Position numbers and translations under genes: made by a program
Source of the DNA: an uncultured bacterium
GTDB taxonomy: Bacteria > Gemmatimonadota > Gemmatimonadetes > Gemmatimonadales > GWC2-71-9
Assembly (NCBI GenBank): GCA_965651205.1
Contig: CBFGRM010000001.1
Location: forward strand, 76,475 to 140,474
DNA length: 64,000 bases
Direction of reading: 5' to 3'
Shown: piece by piece, positions 51,864-62,225 of the stretch
Layout of the letters: each line of letters opens with the position of its first letter
Position numbering within the stretch: position 1 is the first letter of the stretch
Notes under the pieces: generated by a model
What the model was told of the DNA's origin: nothing
The model's database searches: none
Seen by the model: only the letters and a program-made list of their open reading frames with translations

Positions 51864-52423
51864 GGCGACTGCTGATCGCGGTTGTGCTGCCGGCGCTTGC
51901 AGGTGCCTGTGTCGAACGTGGCGTGGCTCCGTCGGCTGTGGCCAGCGCCGATTCGGCCGACCAGGTGATGGTCGGAATGGCGCACACCATCACTCGAGAC
52001 GGAATCAAGTCGACCTACCTCGAGGCTGACTCCGCGTGGGTGTTCCAGGCCCGGGAAGTCACCGAGATGAAGGGCGTGCGGGTGACATTCTACGGCCCGA
52101 ACGGTGCGGTACGGTCTGTGGTCACCGCCGACAGCGGCAGCTACGAGATGCGGTCTGGCACGCTCGACGCACGTGGCAACGTCATCGCAGTCACGCCGCC
52201 GCCCGACTCGGGCACGCTCAAGACCGAGCACCTGCTGTTCGATCGAGCCACCAACCAGATCACCTCGGATACCAGCTACACCTACACCAGCCTGCGGGGT
52301 AACGGTTCTGGGGCCTCGTTCGAGACGGATCCCGACTTCAGGCGGTTCCGGTCGTGGCAGCCCAAGGGCCGCCAGCGGGGCGAGGGATTCGTGCTGCCCG
52401 GACAGGATTCGGCCGGCACGTGA
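51860..52423 (+). CDS. lptC: LptC-like LPS export protein (lipoprotein-type signal)
   Basis: MRRLLIAVVLPALAGAC lipobox. About 185 aa of beta-rich sequence located between kdsD and the lptA-like gene/lptB. Weak sequence signature, called mostly from context. Confidence 0.6.
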   Translation: MRRLLIAVVLPALAGACVERGVAPSAVASADSADQVMVGMAHTITRDGIKSTYLEADSAWVFQAREVTEMKGVRVTFYGPNGAVRSVVTADSGSYEMRSGTLDARGNVIAVTPPPDSGTLKTEHLLFDRATNQITSDTSYTYTSLRGNGSGASFETDPDFRRFRSWQPKGRQRGEGFVLPGQDSAGT

Positions 52424-53844
52424 CGAGGGTGATCCGCCTCCCGCTACTGGCGCTCTGCCTGCTGGTCGTCGATGTGGCGGCTCAGCAGCCTGCCCAGCGT
52501 CGCTGTCGGCTGGAGATCCTGAACGTCGACCGCGAGGGCGCCTACGACCGCTTCGGCGAGAACACCAATTACTTCGCCGGCGGCAACGTGCGGCTGCGCT
52601 GCATCGGACAGGAGGTGTTTCTCAATGCCGACTCGATTGCCTCGATCGCCGGCTCGGTGGTGCAGTTGTTCACCGACGCACAGTATCGCGACGACGATGT
52701 TTCGATCGATGCCGACACGCTGGTCTACTATCGCAACACCGAGATCCTCCAGGCACGCGGCAATGTCGAGATCGTCAACAAGCTCAACGGCTCCACGCTG
52801 ACAGGGCCGTGGGTGGACTACCTCCGGGCGGTGCGCGGTGTCCGCGATTCGGCGGAGACCACGGCCCTCTCCCGGCCGACGGTGACCTACCACGTCACGC
52901 GACCACCGACCGACACGATCGATCCACCGCCATACGTGATTGTGGCCGAAGGGATGCGCGCCCGCGGTTCGAGCAACCTCAATGCGTGGGGTGATGTCAC
53001 CGTCGACCGTGATTCGCTGGCCGGTCGCGGCGACTCGCTCCAGTACGTGCGGTCCGCGAACGATGAGGTCACCCTGGTCGGAGACCCCGCATCACTGATC
53101 CGACGCGGCGCCGATTCATTCGACGTTCGCGGTCGCCGAGTGGTGCTCGGGCTCGAGGGGGAAGCACTGCGGCAGGTCAAGGCACTGGGCGATGGTCGCA
53201 TCGTCGGCAGCACCGGCGAGATCATCGCCGACAGCGCCGCGCTCGGGTTCGAGGACGGTCAGTTGGTGTCCACCCAGGCTTGGGATCACGGCGGCACGGC
53301 ACAAGTGCTGGCCGGTGGCTACGACGTCCAGGGTGATTCGGTCGCCATCGACACGCCGGGCGAACGCCTCCGCGAACTGCGGGTGTTCGGCAACGGAATG
53401 CTGATCGAGCAGGATTCCATCGAAGCGGCAACCGGGGATTCCCTGCCACCCGCTGCTGATTCGTTGCGCGTTGGTGCTGCTCCGGACTCAGCCGCACCTC
53501 CGATACGGAACACGATGCGCGGCCAGAAGCTCGTGGTCCGTTTCGTCGATCACGACTCGTCGGGTACCCTGATCTCGCAGTTGGTCGACATCACGGCGAC
53601 CGGCAGCGCCACGTCACTCTTCGAGCGGATGGTGCAGCGCAATGGCCGGACCTCGCCCAGCATCAACTACACCCGAGCCGACACCATCATCGTGATGATG
53701 CGCACCGGTGACACCACCGGCGTCCTCGAGGTGCGTGCCTTCGGCAACGTGGATGGCGTGCAACTGGAGCAGGAGTCGCTGCGGGCGGCGCGCGCCAATC
53801 AGGAATCCCCGGAAGGTGCTGCCCGCAGGGAGGAGTCGCCGTGA
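52420..53844 (+). CDS. Large OstA/LptA-family periplasmic protein (about 474 aa, multiple OstA-like repeats)
   Basis: Signal peptide [17 protein letters not shown]. Repeated ...ADS..Y......L.GNV.. beta-jellyroll-like units. It sits between lptC and lptB. Confidence 0.6.
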   Translation: MTRVIRLPLLALCLLVVDVAAQQPAQRRCRLEILNVDREGAYDRFGENTNYFAGGNVRLRCIGQEVFLNADSIASIAGSVVQLFTDAQYRDDDVSIDADTLVYYRNTEILQARGNVEIVNKLNGSTLTGPWVDYLRAVRGVRDSAETTALSRPTVTYHVTRPPTDTIDPPPYVIVAEGMRARGSSNLNAWGDVTVDRDSLAGRGDSLQYVRSANDEVTLVGDPASLIRRGADSFDVRGRRVVLGLEGEALRQVKALGDGRIVGSTGEIIADSAALGFEDGQLVSTQAWDHGGTAQVLAGGYDVQGDSVAIDTPGERLRELRVFGNGMLIEQDSIEAATGDSLPPAADSLRVGAAPDSAAPPIRNTMRGQKLVVRFVDHDSSGTLISQLVDITATGSATSLFERMVQRNGRTSPSINYTRADTIIVMMRTGDTTGVLEVRAFGNVDGVQLEQESLRAARANQESPEGAARREESP

Positions 53845-54593
53845 GCGTGCTGCGTGCCGAGGGACTCCGCAAGTCCTATCGCAGGAGGGCTGTGGTGGAC
53901 GACGTGGCGGTCGAGCTGGCCCAGGGGGAGATCGTCGGGCTGCTCGGCCCCAACGGTGCCGGCAAGACGACCACATTCTACCTGATCACCGGCCTGATCC
54001 GCCCGGACAAGGGCCGCATCTGGCTCGACGACGAGGACATCACCGGGGCCCCGATGTACAAGCGTGCCCGCCGGGGCATCGGGTACCTGGCCCAGGAGCC
54101 CTCGATCTTCCGGCAGATGACGGTCGAGCAGAACGTGCTGGCGATCCTCGAAACACTGCCGCTGTCGCGCGACGAGCGTCACGCCCGGCTCGACACGATG
54201 CTGGAGGAACTGGGCCTCACCTCGCTCAGGACCGCCAAGGCCTACACGCTTTCGGGTGGCGAGCGGCGGCGCCTGGAAATCACCCGTGCGCTGGCGACCG
54301 ACCCCAAGTTCATGCTGCTAGACGAGCCGTTCGCTGGCGTCGATCCGATCGCCACCCACGACATCCAGGTCATCGTGGCCTCGCTTCGTGAGCGCGGCAT
54401 CGGGGTGCTGATCACTGACCACAACGTGGAGCAGACACTGGAAATCGTGGATCGAGCCTACATCCTGCACGCCGGCAAGGTCCACGCCTCGGGCGACGTC
54501 CGCGATCTGATCTGGAACGATCACGTCTCGACGTTGTATCTTGGGCCAACCCTCACGACACGATTGCGGCAACGTATGGAGCCATCCGCGTGA
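53841..54593 (+). CDS. lptB: LPS export ABC transporter ATP-binding protein LptB
   Basis: [51 protein letters not shown]. Confidence 0.93.
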   Translation: MSVLRAEGLRKSYRRRAVVDDVAVELAQGEIVGLLGPNGAGKTTTFYLITGLIRPDKGRIWLDDEDITGAPMYKRARRGIGYLAQEPSIFRQMTVEQNVLAILETLPLSRDERHARLDTMLEELGLTSLRTAKAYTLSGGERRRLEITRALATDPKFMLLDEPFAGVDPIATHDIQVIVASLRERGIGVLITDHNVEQTLEIVDRAYILHAGKVHASGDVRDLIWNDHVSTLYLGPTLTTRLRQRMEPSA

Positions 54594-56146
54594 AGACCGG
54601 CCTGCATCAGCAGACAGGGCTCCGACAGGAGCTCCGGATCAATCCACGCCTGTATCAGGCGATGGATATGCTCTATATGCCGATGCTCGACCTCCAGCAG
54701 CACCTCCAGCAGGAGCTGCTCGGCAATCCGTTCCTCGAGCTCGAGGAGCCCGAGGAGGAGATGCTCCCCGAGAAGACCACCGAGGAGGAGCAGGAGGAAG
54801 TACGCAAGGACGACGAGGTCGATTGGGAGGAGATCCTCCTCAACGGCTTCGACGTGGGTGGACCCCGCGAGCAATTCGAATCCACAGAGTACGTCGAACC
54901 GCAGAACGTGTCGGTGGCAGATCTTTCGGACCACCTGCGCGACCAACTGCAGATGCTCGACCTGCCACCGCGGATCGCGATGCTGGCCGAGGAGATAATC
55001 GGGTCGATCGACGACGACGGTTACCTCACTTGCGGCCTGGATGTCGTGGTGAACTCCGCCAATCAATGGCTCGCCTCGCGCCTGGGCGCCGACCAGGACC
55101 AGCCGGACGAGGACGATCCCTTCGACATCCCGCTCGACGATGATCCGGATGCCGGCCTCGAAGCCGGCGACGGCGACGGACCGGGTTCACTGCCGGTGCC
55201 GGTGCTGCCGCCGGGCGTCGAGGGCTTCACGATCGCCGAGGCCGAGGAGGCACTCAGACTGGTGCAGGCGATGGACCCGGCCGGAGTCGGTGCGCGCGAT
55301 CTGCGCGAGTCGCTGCTGCTCCAGCTCAGGGAGCAGAAGCTTACCGAATCGCTGCAATACCGGATCGTCGACGAGGCATTCGAGGACCTCAAGGCGCATC
55401 GCTGGAATGACCTGGCCCGGCGCTTCGGCATCGAGCCACGCGCCGCCCAGGAAGCCGCTGACTTGCTGTCGCGTCTGGACCCCAAGCCCGGACTGAAGTA
55501 TTCCGACCGGGGCGACCACTACATCATCCCCGACCTGATAGTCGAGAAGATCGACGACCGCTACCACGTGTTCCTCAACGACACCGGGGTACCGCGGTTG
55601 CGCCTGTCACGTGCCTATCAGGAGATTGCCCGCGACCGTTCCAAGATGACGGCCGAGAATCGCGACTTCATCGCGTCGCGGATGAACAGCGCGACCTGGA
55701 TGATCCAGGCGATCGAGCAACGCCGGCAGACGATGCTCAAGGTGATGAATTTCATCGTCGATCGGCAGCGCGACTTCTTCGAGAAGGGAATCGAGTACCT
55801 CAAGCCGCTCACCCTGCGCGAAGTCGCCGAAGTCATCTCGATGCACGAGTCGACGGTGTCCCGGGTGACCAACGAGAAGTATGTCCAGACGCCGAGGGGC
55901 GTGCTGCCGCTCAAGTTCTTCTTCTCGAGCGCCCTTTCCACCGCCACCGGCGAGGACGCCTCGGCCAGGTCGATCCGCGCCAAGCTTGAGAAGATGGTGG
56001 GGGAGGAAAACGAGTCCAAGCCGCTGACCGACCAGCAGATCGTGCACCTGTTCGAGGAGCAGGGAATCCAGATCGCCCGGCGCACGGTCGCCAAGTACCG
56101 CGACCAGCTCGGCATCCTCCCGGCGCGGATGCGGAAACGGGTATGA
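54590..56146 (+). CDS. rpoN: RNA polymerase sigma-54 factor
   Basis: N-terminal Gln/Leu region I, acidic region [25 protein letters not shown], RpoN box ARRTVAKYR. Confidence 0.94.
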   Translation: MKTGLHQQTGLRQELRINPRLYQAMDMLYMPMLDLQQHLQQELLGNPFLELEEPEEEMLPEKTTEEEQEEVRKDDEVDWEEILLNGFDVGGPREQFESTEYVEPQNVSVADLSDHLRDQLQMLDLPPRIAMLAEEIIGSIDDDGYLTCGLDVVVNSANQWLASRLGADQDQPDEDDPFDIPLDDDPDAGLEAGDGDGPGSLPVPVLPPGVEGFTIAEAEEALRLVQAMDPAGVGARDLRESLLLQLREQKLTESLQYRIVDEAFEDLKAHRWNDLARRFGIEPRAAQEAADLLSRLDPKPGLKYSDRGDHYIIPDLIVEKIDDRYHVFLNDTGVPRLRLSRAYQEIARDRSKMTAENRDFIASRMNSATWMIQAIEQRRQTMLKVMNFIVDRQRDFFEKGIEYLKPLTLREVAEVISMHESTVSRVTNEKYVQTPRGVLPLKFFFSSALSTATGEDASARSIRAKLEKMVGEENESKPLTDQQIVHLFEEQGIQIARRTVAKYRDQLGILPARMRKRV

Positions 56147-57072
56147 ATCCCGCGCCACGCGTTGCCGTGCTGGTGCCGGCCAAGGACGAAGTCGACAACC
56201 TGCCCGAATTCGTGCGGCAGTGCGCCGCTGCACTGCCCACCATCGGGGTGCCGTTCGAGGTGGTCATCGTCGACGACGGCTCGCGGGACGACTCGCCGAG
56301 GGTGCTGCGCGAACTCGCTGCGGAACACCAGTGGCTCACTGTAGTCACCCACCGGCGCCAGATGGGAATCGCCGATGCGCTCAGGAGCGCCACCGATTCG
56401 TCCACCGGCGACATCCTGGTGTTCTATCCCGCCGACCTGCAATATCTCCCCGAGGATATCCCGGCACTGGTGGCTCCGATCCTGGCCGACCAGGCCGACA
56501 TCGTCACCGGCACCAAGCAGGGAAAGTATGAGAAGGCCCTCGTGTCGTCGGTTTACAACGCACTGTCACGCTGGTTGTTCGGCGTGAGGGTGACCGATCT
56601 CAACAGCGTCAAGGCGTATCGACGCGAGGTGATGGCCAACGTGCCGATGCGACCTGACTGGCACCGCTTCATGGTGGCGATCGCGGCCGCCGAGGGCCAC
56701 CGGCTCACCTCCGTGCCGGTGCCGCTTCATCCGCGCACTGCCGGCACGTCAAAGTTCACCTGGCGGCGGATCCCGGTCGGCGTCCTCGACCTGCTCTCGG
56801 TCTGGTTCCAGCTCCGCTTTGGTCGCAAGCCGATGCTCTTCTTCGGAATCGGCGGGGCATTGCTGTTCCTGGTCGGCTTCATCATCGGCCTGGTCGCGGT
56901 GGTGCTTCGTGTCGCTCAACGCGCCGACGTCGCCCTGATGGTCAACCTGGTGATGACGCTGGTGATCACCGGCGTGCTGCTCTTCGGTTTCGGACTGGTG
57001 GGCGAGTTGGTGGCCGGGCTGCGCGAGGAACAGCGCGAACTCGCCCGGCGGCTGCAGGACCGGCGCGACTGA
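56143..57072 (+). CDS. GT2-family polyprenyl-phosphate glycosyltransferase (GtrB/CsbB/ArnC-like, two C-terminal TM helices)
   Basis: VLVPAKDE, VIVDDGSRD, ADLQY (DxD-like), then TM helices LFFGIGGALLFLVGFIIGLVAVV and LVITGVLLFGFGLVGEL. ATGA overlap with rpoN. Confidence 0.8.
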   Translation: MNPAPRVAVLVPAKDEVDNLPEFVRQCAAALPTIGVPFEVVIVDDGSRDDSPRVLRELAAEHQWLTVVTHRRQMGIADALRSATDSSTGDILVFYPADLQYLPEDIPALVAPILADQADIVTGTKQGKYEKALVSSVYNALSRWLFGVRVTDLNSVKAYRREVMANVPMRPDWHRFMVAIAAAEGHRLTSVPVPLHPRTAGTSKFTWRRIPVGVLDLLSVWFQLRFGRKPMLFFGIGGALLFLVGFIIGLVAVVLRVAQRADVALMVNLVMTLVITGVLLFGFGLVGELVAGLREEQRELARRLQDRRD

Positions 57073-57077
57073 CCCCG

Positions 57078-58223
57078 ATGCGGGTCCTGTTCGTCACCCA
57101 CAATTACCCCCGTCATCGAGATGACGTGGCTGGTGCATTTCTCCATCCGCTGGCCAGCGAACTGTTGCGACTCGGGGCATCGGTGCAGGTGATCGCACCC
57201 AGCGATCGGGGTGAGGCCGGCGACACGGTCCTCGATTCGGTTCCTGTACGGCGACTGCGTTATGCAGTTTCATCTCGCGAGACCCTGGCCTACACCGGCA
57301 CGATGACCTCCGCGATCCGCTCGCTCGGCGGAATCCGGGCGTTCACCGGCTTGCTCGAGGCATTCCGGCGCGAGATCCGCGAGCAACTCCGGCAGTACCC
57401 GGACACCGTCGTGCACGCCCACTGGTGGGTGCCAGCCGGGATGTCGGTACCCATTGGTGTGCCACACGTGGTGACCTGTCACGGCACCGACGTGCGCCTG
57501 CTCGATGGTCCGCTGCCGGTGCGCCTGCTGGGACAACGCGTGCTGCGCCGCGCCACGATGGTCACCACCGTATCGCCCACACTGGCCCGGACAATTGCGC
57601 GCCGGATCGGTCGGGCGTTGCCGGATGATCAGGTGCAGCCGATGCCGGTTCCCGACATCGACCGGCCTAGGAGCACTGGTGGCGGTGGCTTGGTGGTGCT
57701 CGGTCGGCTGAGCCCGCAGAAGAGGGTCGACCTCGCGATCGAGGCTTACGCCATCGCCAGCGCCAGGGGCACGGCCCTGCCGCTCACCATCGCCGGCGAC
57801 GGACCCGATCGTCCCCGGCTCGAGGAGCTGGTCCGCCAGCGCGACCTGGCAGATCGCGTGCACTTCGTCGGCGCCATTGCACCCGAAGCCGTGGCCGGGC
57901 TGCTGAGCACCGCAGACCTGATGCTGATGCCTGCGGAGCAGGAAGGACTCGGACTTGCTGCAGCCGAGTCGCTGATTCAGGGTGTGCCGGTTGTGGTGTG
58001 CAGTGATGGCGGTGGCGTGCTCGATGTCATCGCCGACGGCGCAGGCGGGCGAGTGGTCGCCCCGGAGAAGGCCGCGATCGCCGACGCAATTGCCTCGCTT
58101 CTGGCTGATCCCGATGCCAGCGACGCTGCGGCACGCAGCGGACTGGTGTGGCGTGAGCACCTCTCGCCCGAGCAGGTCGCCACCCGTTGCCTCAACTGGT
58201 ATGAACGTGTCCTGGCTGCGTAG
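57078..58223 (+). CDS. GT4-family (GT-B fold) glycosyltransferase
   Basis: MRVLFVTHNYP...; EX7E region PAEQEGLGLAAAESLIQGVPVV. Confidence 0.8.
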   Translation: MRVLFVTHNYPRHRDDVAGAFLHPLASELLRLGASVQVIAPSDRGEAGDTVLDSVPVRRLRYAVSSRETLAYTGTMTSAIRSLGGIRAFTGLLEAFRREIREQLRQYPDTVVHAHWWVPAGMSVPIGVPHVVTCHGTDVRLLDGPLPVRLLGQRVLRRATMVTTVSPTLARTIARRIGRALPDDQVQPMPVPDIDRPRSTGGGGLVVLGRLSPQKRVDLAIEAYAIASARGTALPLTIAGDGPDRPRLEELVRQRDLADRVHFVGAIAPEAVAGLLSTADLMLMPAEQEGLGLAAAESLIQGVPVVVCSDGGGVLDVIADGAGGRVVAPEKAAIADAIASLLADPDASDAAARSGLVWREHLSPEQVATRCLNWYERVLAA

Positions 58224-59136
58224 CCGCTGGTTCGGCTGGCTCCAGGTTGCCCTGGGGATCGCGATCCTCGTGGTGATCGTGCGCAAACTGCTCCACAATT
58301 GGGATGCAGTGGTGGCCAGCGGGGTGTCGCTTTCATTTCGCGCGCCCTGGCTGCTGGCATCCCTGTGCCTGGTATGGTTGATGTGGGCGGGACTGATAGA
58401 GGGCTGGCGGCGAATCGCAGCAGGTTGGGGCGCCCCACTGCACTGGCCACTCGCCGGTCGGATCTGGATGCTGTCATCGTTCGGGAAATACCTGCCCGGC
58501 AAGGTGATGGCGATGGCGGGAATGGTCGCGCTCAGCGAACGCTCCGGCATCAGTGGCAAGGTCACCCTCGCCTCCGCAGTGGTGATGCAGGTACTGTCGG
58601 TGGGCACCGGCATCGCCGTGGCCGCACTCACCCTGGGTCCTGCGATCAACGCCTTCAACCCCAACGCTGGCGCGGCGATGACCCTGCTCGGGCTGGTCGC
58701 GGTCGGAGTGCTGGTGGCGGTGGGCAACCGGAGCTTCCTGAAATGGGTGTGGCCGAGGATCCGTCGCGACAGCCCCGCTCCGGAGCCGCCGAGTGTGCCG
58801 GTGCTGGGCTTCGGCGTCGCGATCAGTGCCGTCACCTGGCTGGCCTATGGCCTGGCGCTGGTGTGGCTGTGCAATGGATTGCTGACGGACGCAGACCTCG
58901 GCTGGCGCGAAGCGACCGGGGCGTTCACGTTTGCCTACCTCGCCGGCTACCTCGGACCGACACCGGGTGGCCTGGGTACCCGGGATGGTGTGCTGGCACT
59001 GCTGCTCGAACCCTGGATCGGGCTGGGACCGGCTCTGGCGCTAGCCGCAGCCTCGCGGATTGCCTTTACCTTCAACGAACTCGGTGCCGCCGCACCGTTC
59101 TTCTTCACCAGGGAGTCACCGCGTGACGTCGCCTGA
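58201..59136 (+). CDS. UPF0104 / lysylphosphatidylglycerol-synthase-TM-region family membrane protein ('flippase-like')
   Basis: About 8 TM helices; KYLPGKV and the C-terminal PTPGGLGTRDGVLALLL motif typical of the family. I chose ATG 58201 over track start 57982, which lies inside the GT4 gene. Confidence 0.65.
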   Translation: MNVSWLRSRWFGWLQVALGIAILVVIVRKLLHNWDAVVASGVSLSFRAPWLLASLCLVWLMWAGLIEGWRRIAAGWGAPLHWPLAGRIWMLSSFGKYLPGKVMAMAGMVALSERSGISGKVTLASAVVMQVLSVGTGIAVAALTLGPAINAFNPNAGAAMTLLGLVAVGVLVAVGNRSFLKWVWPRIRRDSPAPEPPSVPVLGFGVAISAVTWLAYGLALVWLCNGLLTDADLGWREATGAFTFAYLAGYLGPTPGGLGTRDGVLALLLEPWIGLGPALALAAASRIAFTFNELGAAAPFFFTRESPRDVA

Positions 59137-61510
59137 GAACAACACTCCGTGGACACCGCCCGCTGCACCACTCTGGGCCTGGCTGGTGTTCGTGCTGGCT
59201 GCCTTGACGCTCTGCTGGCCGGTGTTCAGCGGACAGTTCCTGGCCGGCGACGACCAGTTGCTGGCCGGCTACGCGTTCCGTGAGTTCGGGGCCAGCTTCT
59301 TCAAGGAACACGGCCGGATCCCGGAGTGGAATCCCTACCTGTTCGGCGGAATGCCGTTCATAGCAGGAATGCACGGCGACATCTTCTACCCGACGGCCTG
59401 GCTCCGCTGGCTGGTGCCGACCGACATCGGAATGACGCTCGGCTTCGTGATTCACCTGGTTGTTGCCGGCGGTGCGATGTATGCGCTGCTGAGGGCGCTG
59501 GGACTGTCGTGGACCGCATCGGTGGTGGCCGGAGTGGGCTACGAGATGTCGGGTATCGTCGCGTCGATGATGCGACCCGGACACGATGGCAAACTGTTTG
59601 TCGCGGCACTGGCCCCGCTGGCATTTCTCGCGCTGCTGAAGGCGATCCGTGGCGGCAGGATCGGAGGATACGGCGCCCTGGCAATCGTCATCGGACTGGC
59701 GATGCTGTCGCCGCATTTCCAGACCACCTACTACCTGCTGGTGGCATTGGGTATCTGGGCGCTGTGGCTGGCGCTGGCAGACCCCGAGCGGCAACGTGCC
59801 AGGTCACCGGTGGCAGACCTGGCGGCGTCGTTCGGTGCGGTGCTGCTGGGCATCGGGATCGGAATGATCCAGGGCCTGCCGTTCCTCAAGTACATCCCGT
59901 ATTCGCCGCGCACCGAGGGGAGCGCATCCTCGGGATGGGATTACGCCACCCAGTTCGCGATGCCGATCGACGAACTCGCCTCCACCGTGATCCCCGAGTT
60001 CAACGGCATCTTCGAAACGTACTGGGGCTCCAATTACTTCAAGACCCACGTCGAATACCTGGGCGTGATCATCCTGGTGCTGGCCGTGCTGGGCATAGCC
60101 CTGGCACGACGTCGCGGCCTGTTCCTGTCGCTCGGTTCGATCGCCGTGCTGTTCCTGCTGGTGGCTTTCGGCGGGCACACCCCGTTCTACCGGTTGTGGT
60201 ACACCGTGATGCCGATGATGGACAAGGTGCGGGCGGCAGGGATGGCGTTCTACCTGGTCGCGATGGTGGTGTGTGTCTGGGCCGGCCTCGGAATGGAGCG
60301 CTTGCTCAAGGGCGAGGTGCATTCCAGGGCACTCGCGTGGGGATTCGGGACGCTGGCTGCAATCGGTGCGATGGCGGCGGCCGGATTGCTGCAGCCCGTC
60401 GCCGAGGCGCTGGTCACCGAGCCGGTACGGGAGCGGGTGATGGCGAACGCGGGCACCCTGAGGGGCGGCGGGTTCCGGGTGCTGATCATCGCACTGGTCG
60501 GGGGTGGCGCGATTCTGCTGTTGCAACGTCGTGTGGTGACCGGTGCGCTGGCGGCACTGGTGGCGATCGTCGCGGTCACGGCCGACCAGTGGAGCGTGCT
60601 CAGGCGCTACTCGCAGTGGGTCGCGCCTGCCACGGAGATGTACGCCCTCGACGCGATGGGGCAGGCGATGAAGGCACACCCGATGCCGTTCCGCAACTTC
60701 GATGGTCGCAGCGACACCGGTGAGCCAGCCCTCAACCTGGGCGTCTACCAAGGGTCCTGGCTGATGGCGGAACGGATACCAACCGCATTTGGATACCACG
60801 GCAACGAGATCAGGTTCTACGACGAGCTCTGGGGCACCAAGAACGTCTGGGAGAACCAGCTCTCACCGTCACTCTGGGATCTGTACGCCATCGAGTATCT
60901 CACGCTGAGAGTGGACGTGGCTGACCAGATTCCGGGTTATACCCAGGTTATGGGGCCGGTTTCCTTCCCTCGTCTGGATGGTCGTAGAGCCACCTCGGGC
61001 TATCTGCTGCAGCGCGACACTCCGGCCCAGTGGGTGCGTGTGGTGCCGATGGCAATGCGGGTGCCGGCCGACCAGATCATCGCGACGGTGGTAGATCCCG
61101 CATTCCCCACGGATCTGGTGGCGCTGTATCCCGACACCAGCTCGATTCCCGATGCAACGATGCCCGGTGAGACACCCGACTCGACCACGCTCACCGCCAC
61201 ACTCCGCGAGTGGCAGGCCGGTTCGATGACGATTGCAATCGAGGGCAGTGATGCGCGGACACGCTACCTGCTGGTTGCGGAGAACTGGCATCCCGGTTGG
61301 CAGGCCACTGTCGACGGCGCACCGGCCGCGACCCATCGCGCCAATCACGCAATGCTGAGCGTGGCCTTGCCACCCGGCGCCCGCGAAGTGCAACTCGATT
61401 TTGTTACTCCGGGCTACGCGACGGGGAAGGGGATCACCGCGCTGGCCACGCTGGCAGCACTGGGGATCATTGGTGCCGGACGGTGGCGGCGACGGAGCAA
61501 CGATGCCTGA
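59123..61510 (+). CDS. YfhO-family polytopic membrane protein (putative GT-C glycosyltransferase)
   Basis: About 795 aa. N-terminal FSGQFLAGDDQLLAGYAFREF...GRIPEWNPYLFGGMPF matches the YfhO N-terminal signature. More than 10 TM helices, a C-terminal periplasmic domain and a final TM. GTG 59123 overlaps the upstream gene by 14 nt. Confidence 0.65.
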   Translation: MTSPENNTPWTPPAAPLWAWLVFVLAALTLCWPVFSGQFLAGDDQLLAGYAFREFGASFFKEHGRIPEWNPYLFGGMPFIAGMHGDIFYPTAWLRWLVPTDIGMTLGFVIHLVVAGGAMYALLRALGLSWTASVVAGVGYEMSGIVASMMRPGHDGKLFVAALAPLAFLALLKAIRGGRIGGYGALAIVIGLAMLSPHFQTTYYLLVALGIWALWLALADPERQRARSPVADLAASFGAVLLGIGIGMIQGLPFLKYIPYSPRTEGSASSGWDYATQFAMPIDELASTVIPEFNGIFETYWGSNYFKTHVEYLGVIILVLAVLGIALARRRGLFLSLGSIAVLFLLVAFGGHTPFYRLWYTVMPMMDKVRAAGMAFYLVAMVVCVWAGLGMERLLKGEVHSRALAWGFGTLAAIGAMAAAGLLQPVAEALVTEPVRERVMANAGTLRGGGFRVLIIALVGGGAILLLQRRVVTGALAALVAIVAVTADQWSVLRRYSQWVAPATEMYALDAMGQAMKAHPMPFRNFDGRSDTGEPALNLGVYQGSWLMAERIPTAFGYHGNEIRFYDELWGTKNVWENQLSPSLWDLYAIEYLTLRVDVADQIPGYTQVMGPVSFPRLDGRRATSGYLLQRDTPAQWVRVVPMAMRVPADQIIATVVDPAFPTDLVALYPDTSSIPDATMPGETPDSTTLTATLREWQAGSMTIAIEGSDARTRYLLVAENWHPGWQATVDGAPAATHRANHAMLSVALPPGAREVQLDFVTPGYATGKGITALATLAALGIIGAGRWRRRSNDA

Positions 61511-62225
61511 GCTTGGCCTGGTGGTGGTGCCCACATACAACGAGCGCGAGAACCTGCCGCAGATCGTGCCGAGGATTCTTGCGATCGACAGTCGTCTGCA
61601 GGTCCTGGTGGTGGACGACAACTCTCCCGACGGCACCGGCAGGTTCGCCGACGAGCTGGCCGCGGCAGACCCGCGCGTGCACGTGCTGCACCGTGAAGCC
61701 AAGCAGGGCCTGGGGCGCGCATACCTGGCCGGGTTCCGCTGGGCGCTGGAGCGCGACTACAACTGGATCTTCGAGATGGATGCCGACTTCTCTCACGATC
61801 CCAGGTACCTGGCCGACCTGATCGCCAAGGTGTCGGACGCCGACCTGGTGCTGGGTTCGCGATACGCCAGCGGGGTGAATGTCATCAACTGGCCGATGTC
61901 ACGACTGCTGCTGTCGTGGTTTGCCAACAAGTATGTCCGCTGGATAACAGGATTGCCGCTTACCGACGCGACCGGGGGTTTCAAGTGCTTCCGCCGTGAG
62001 GTGCTGGAGGCCATCCCGCTCGACCGGGTGAGGTCCAACGGCTATGCGTTCCAGATCGAGATGAGCTACCGGGCGTGGAAGAAGGGATTCAAGCTGGCAG
62101 AGGTGCCGATCGTGTTCGTCGACCGGGTCGAAGGCCAGAGCAAGATGAACAAGCGTATAGTGCGCGAGGCGGTGTGGATGGTCTGGTGGCTCCGGCTGCA
62201 GGCCATCTTCGGGAGACTGGGATGA
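61503..62225 (+). CDS. Polyprenol-monophosphomannose synthase-like GT2 (Ppm1/DPM1 type, soluble)
   Basis: VVVPTYNERENL, VVDDNSPDGT, EMDADFSHDP, GGFKCFRR, GYAFQIEM. Confidence 0.85.
   Translation: MPELGLVVVPTYNERENLPQIVPRILAIDSRLQVLVVDDNSPDGTGRFADELAAADPRVHVLHREAKQGLGRAYLAGFRWALERDYNWIFEMDADFSHDPRYLADLIAKVSDADLVLGSRYASGVNVINWPMSRLLLSWFANKYVRWITGLPLTDATGGFKCFRREVLEAIPLDRVRSNGYAFQIEMSYRAWKKGFKLAEVPIVFVDRVEGQSKMNKRIVREAVWMVWWLRLQAIFGRLG

Noticed and set aside
57270-58835. 521-aa minus-strand ORF
   Set aside because: It is antisense to the GT4 and UPF0104 genes, with low-complexity composition and no start context.
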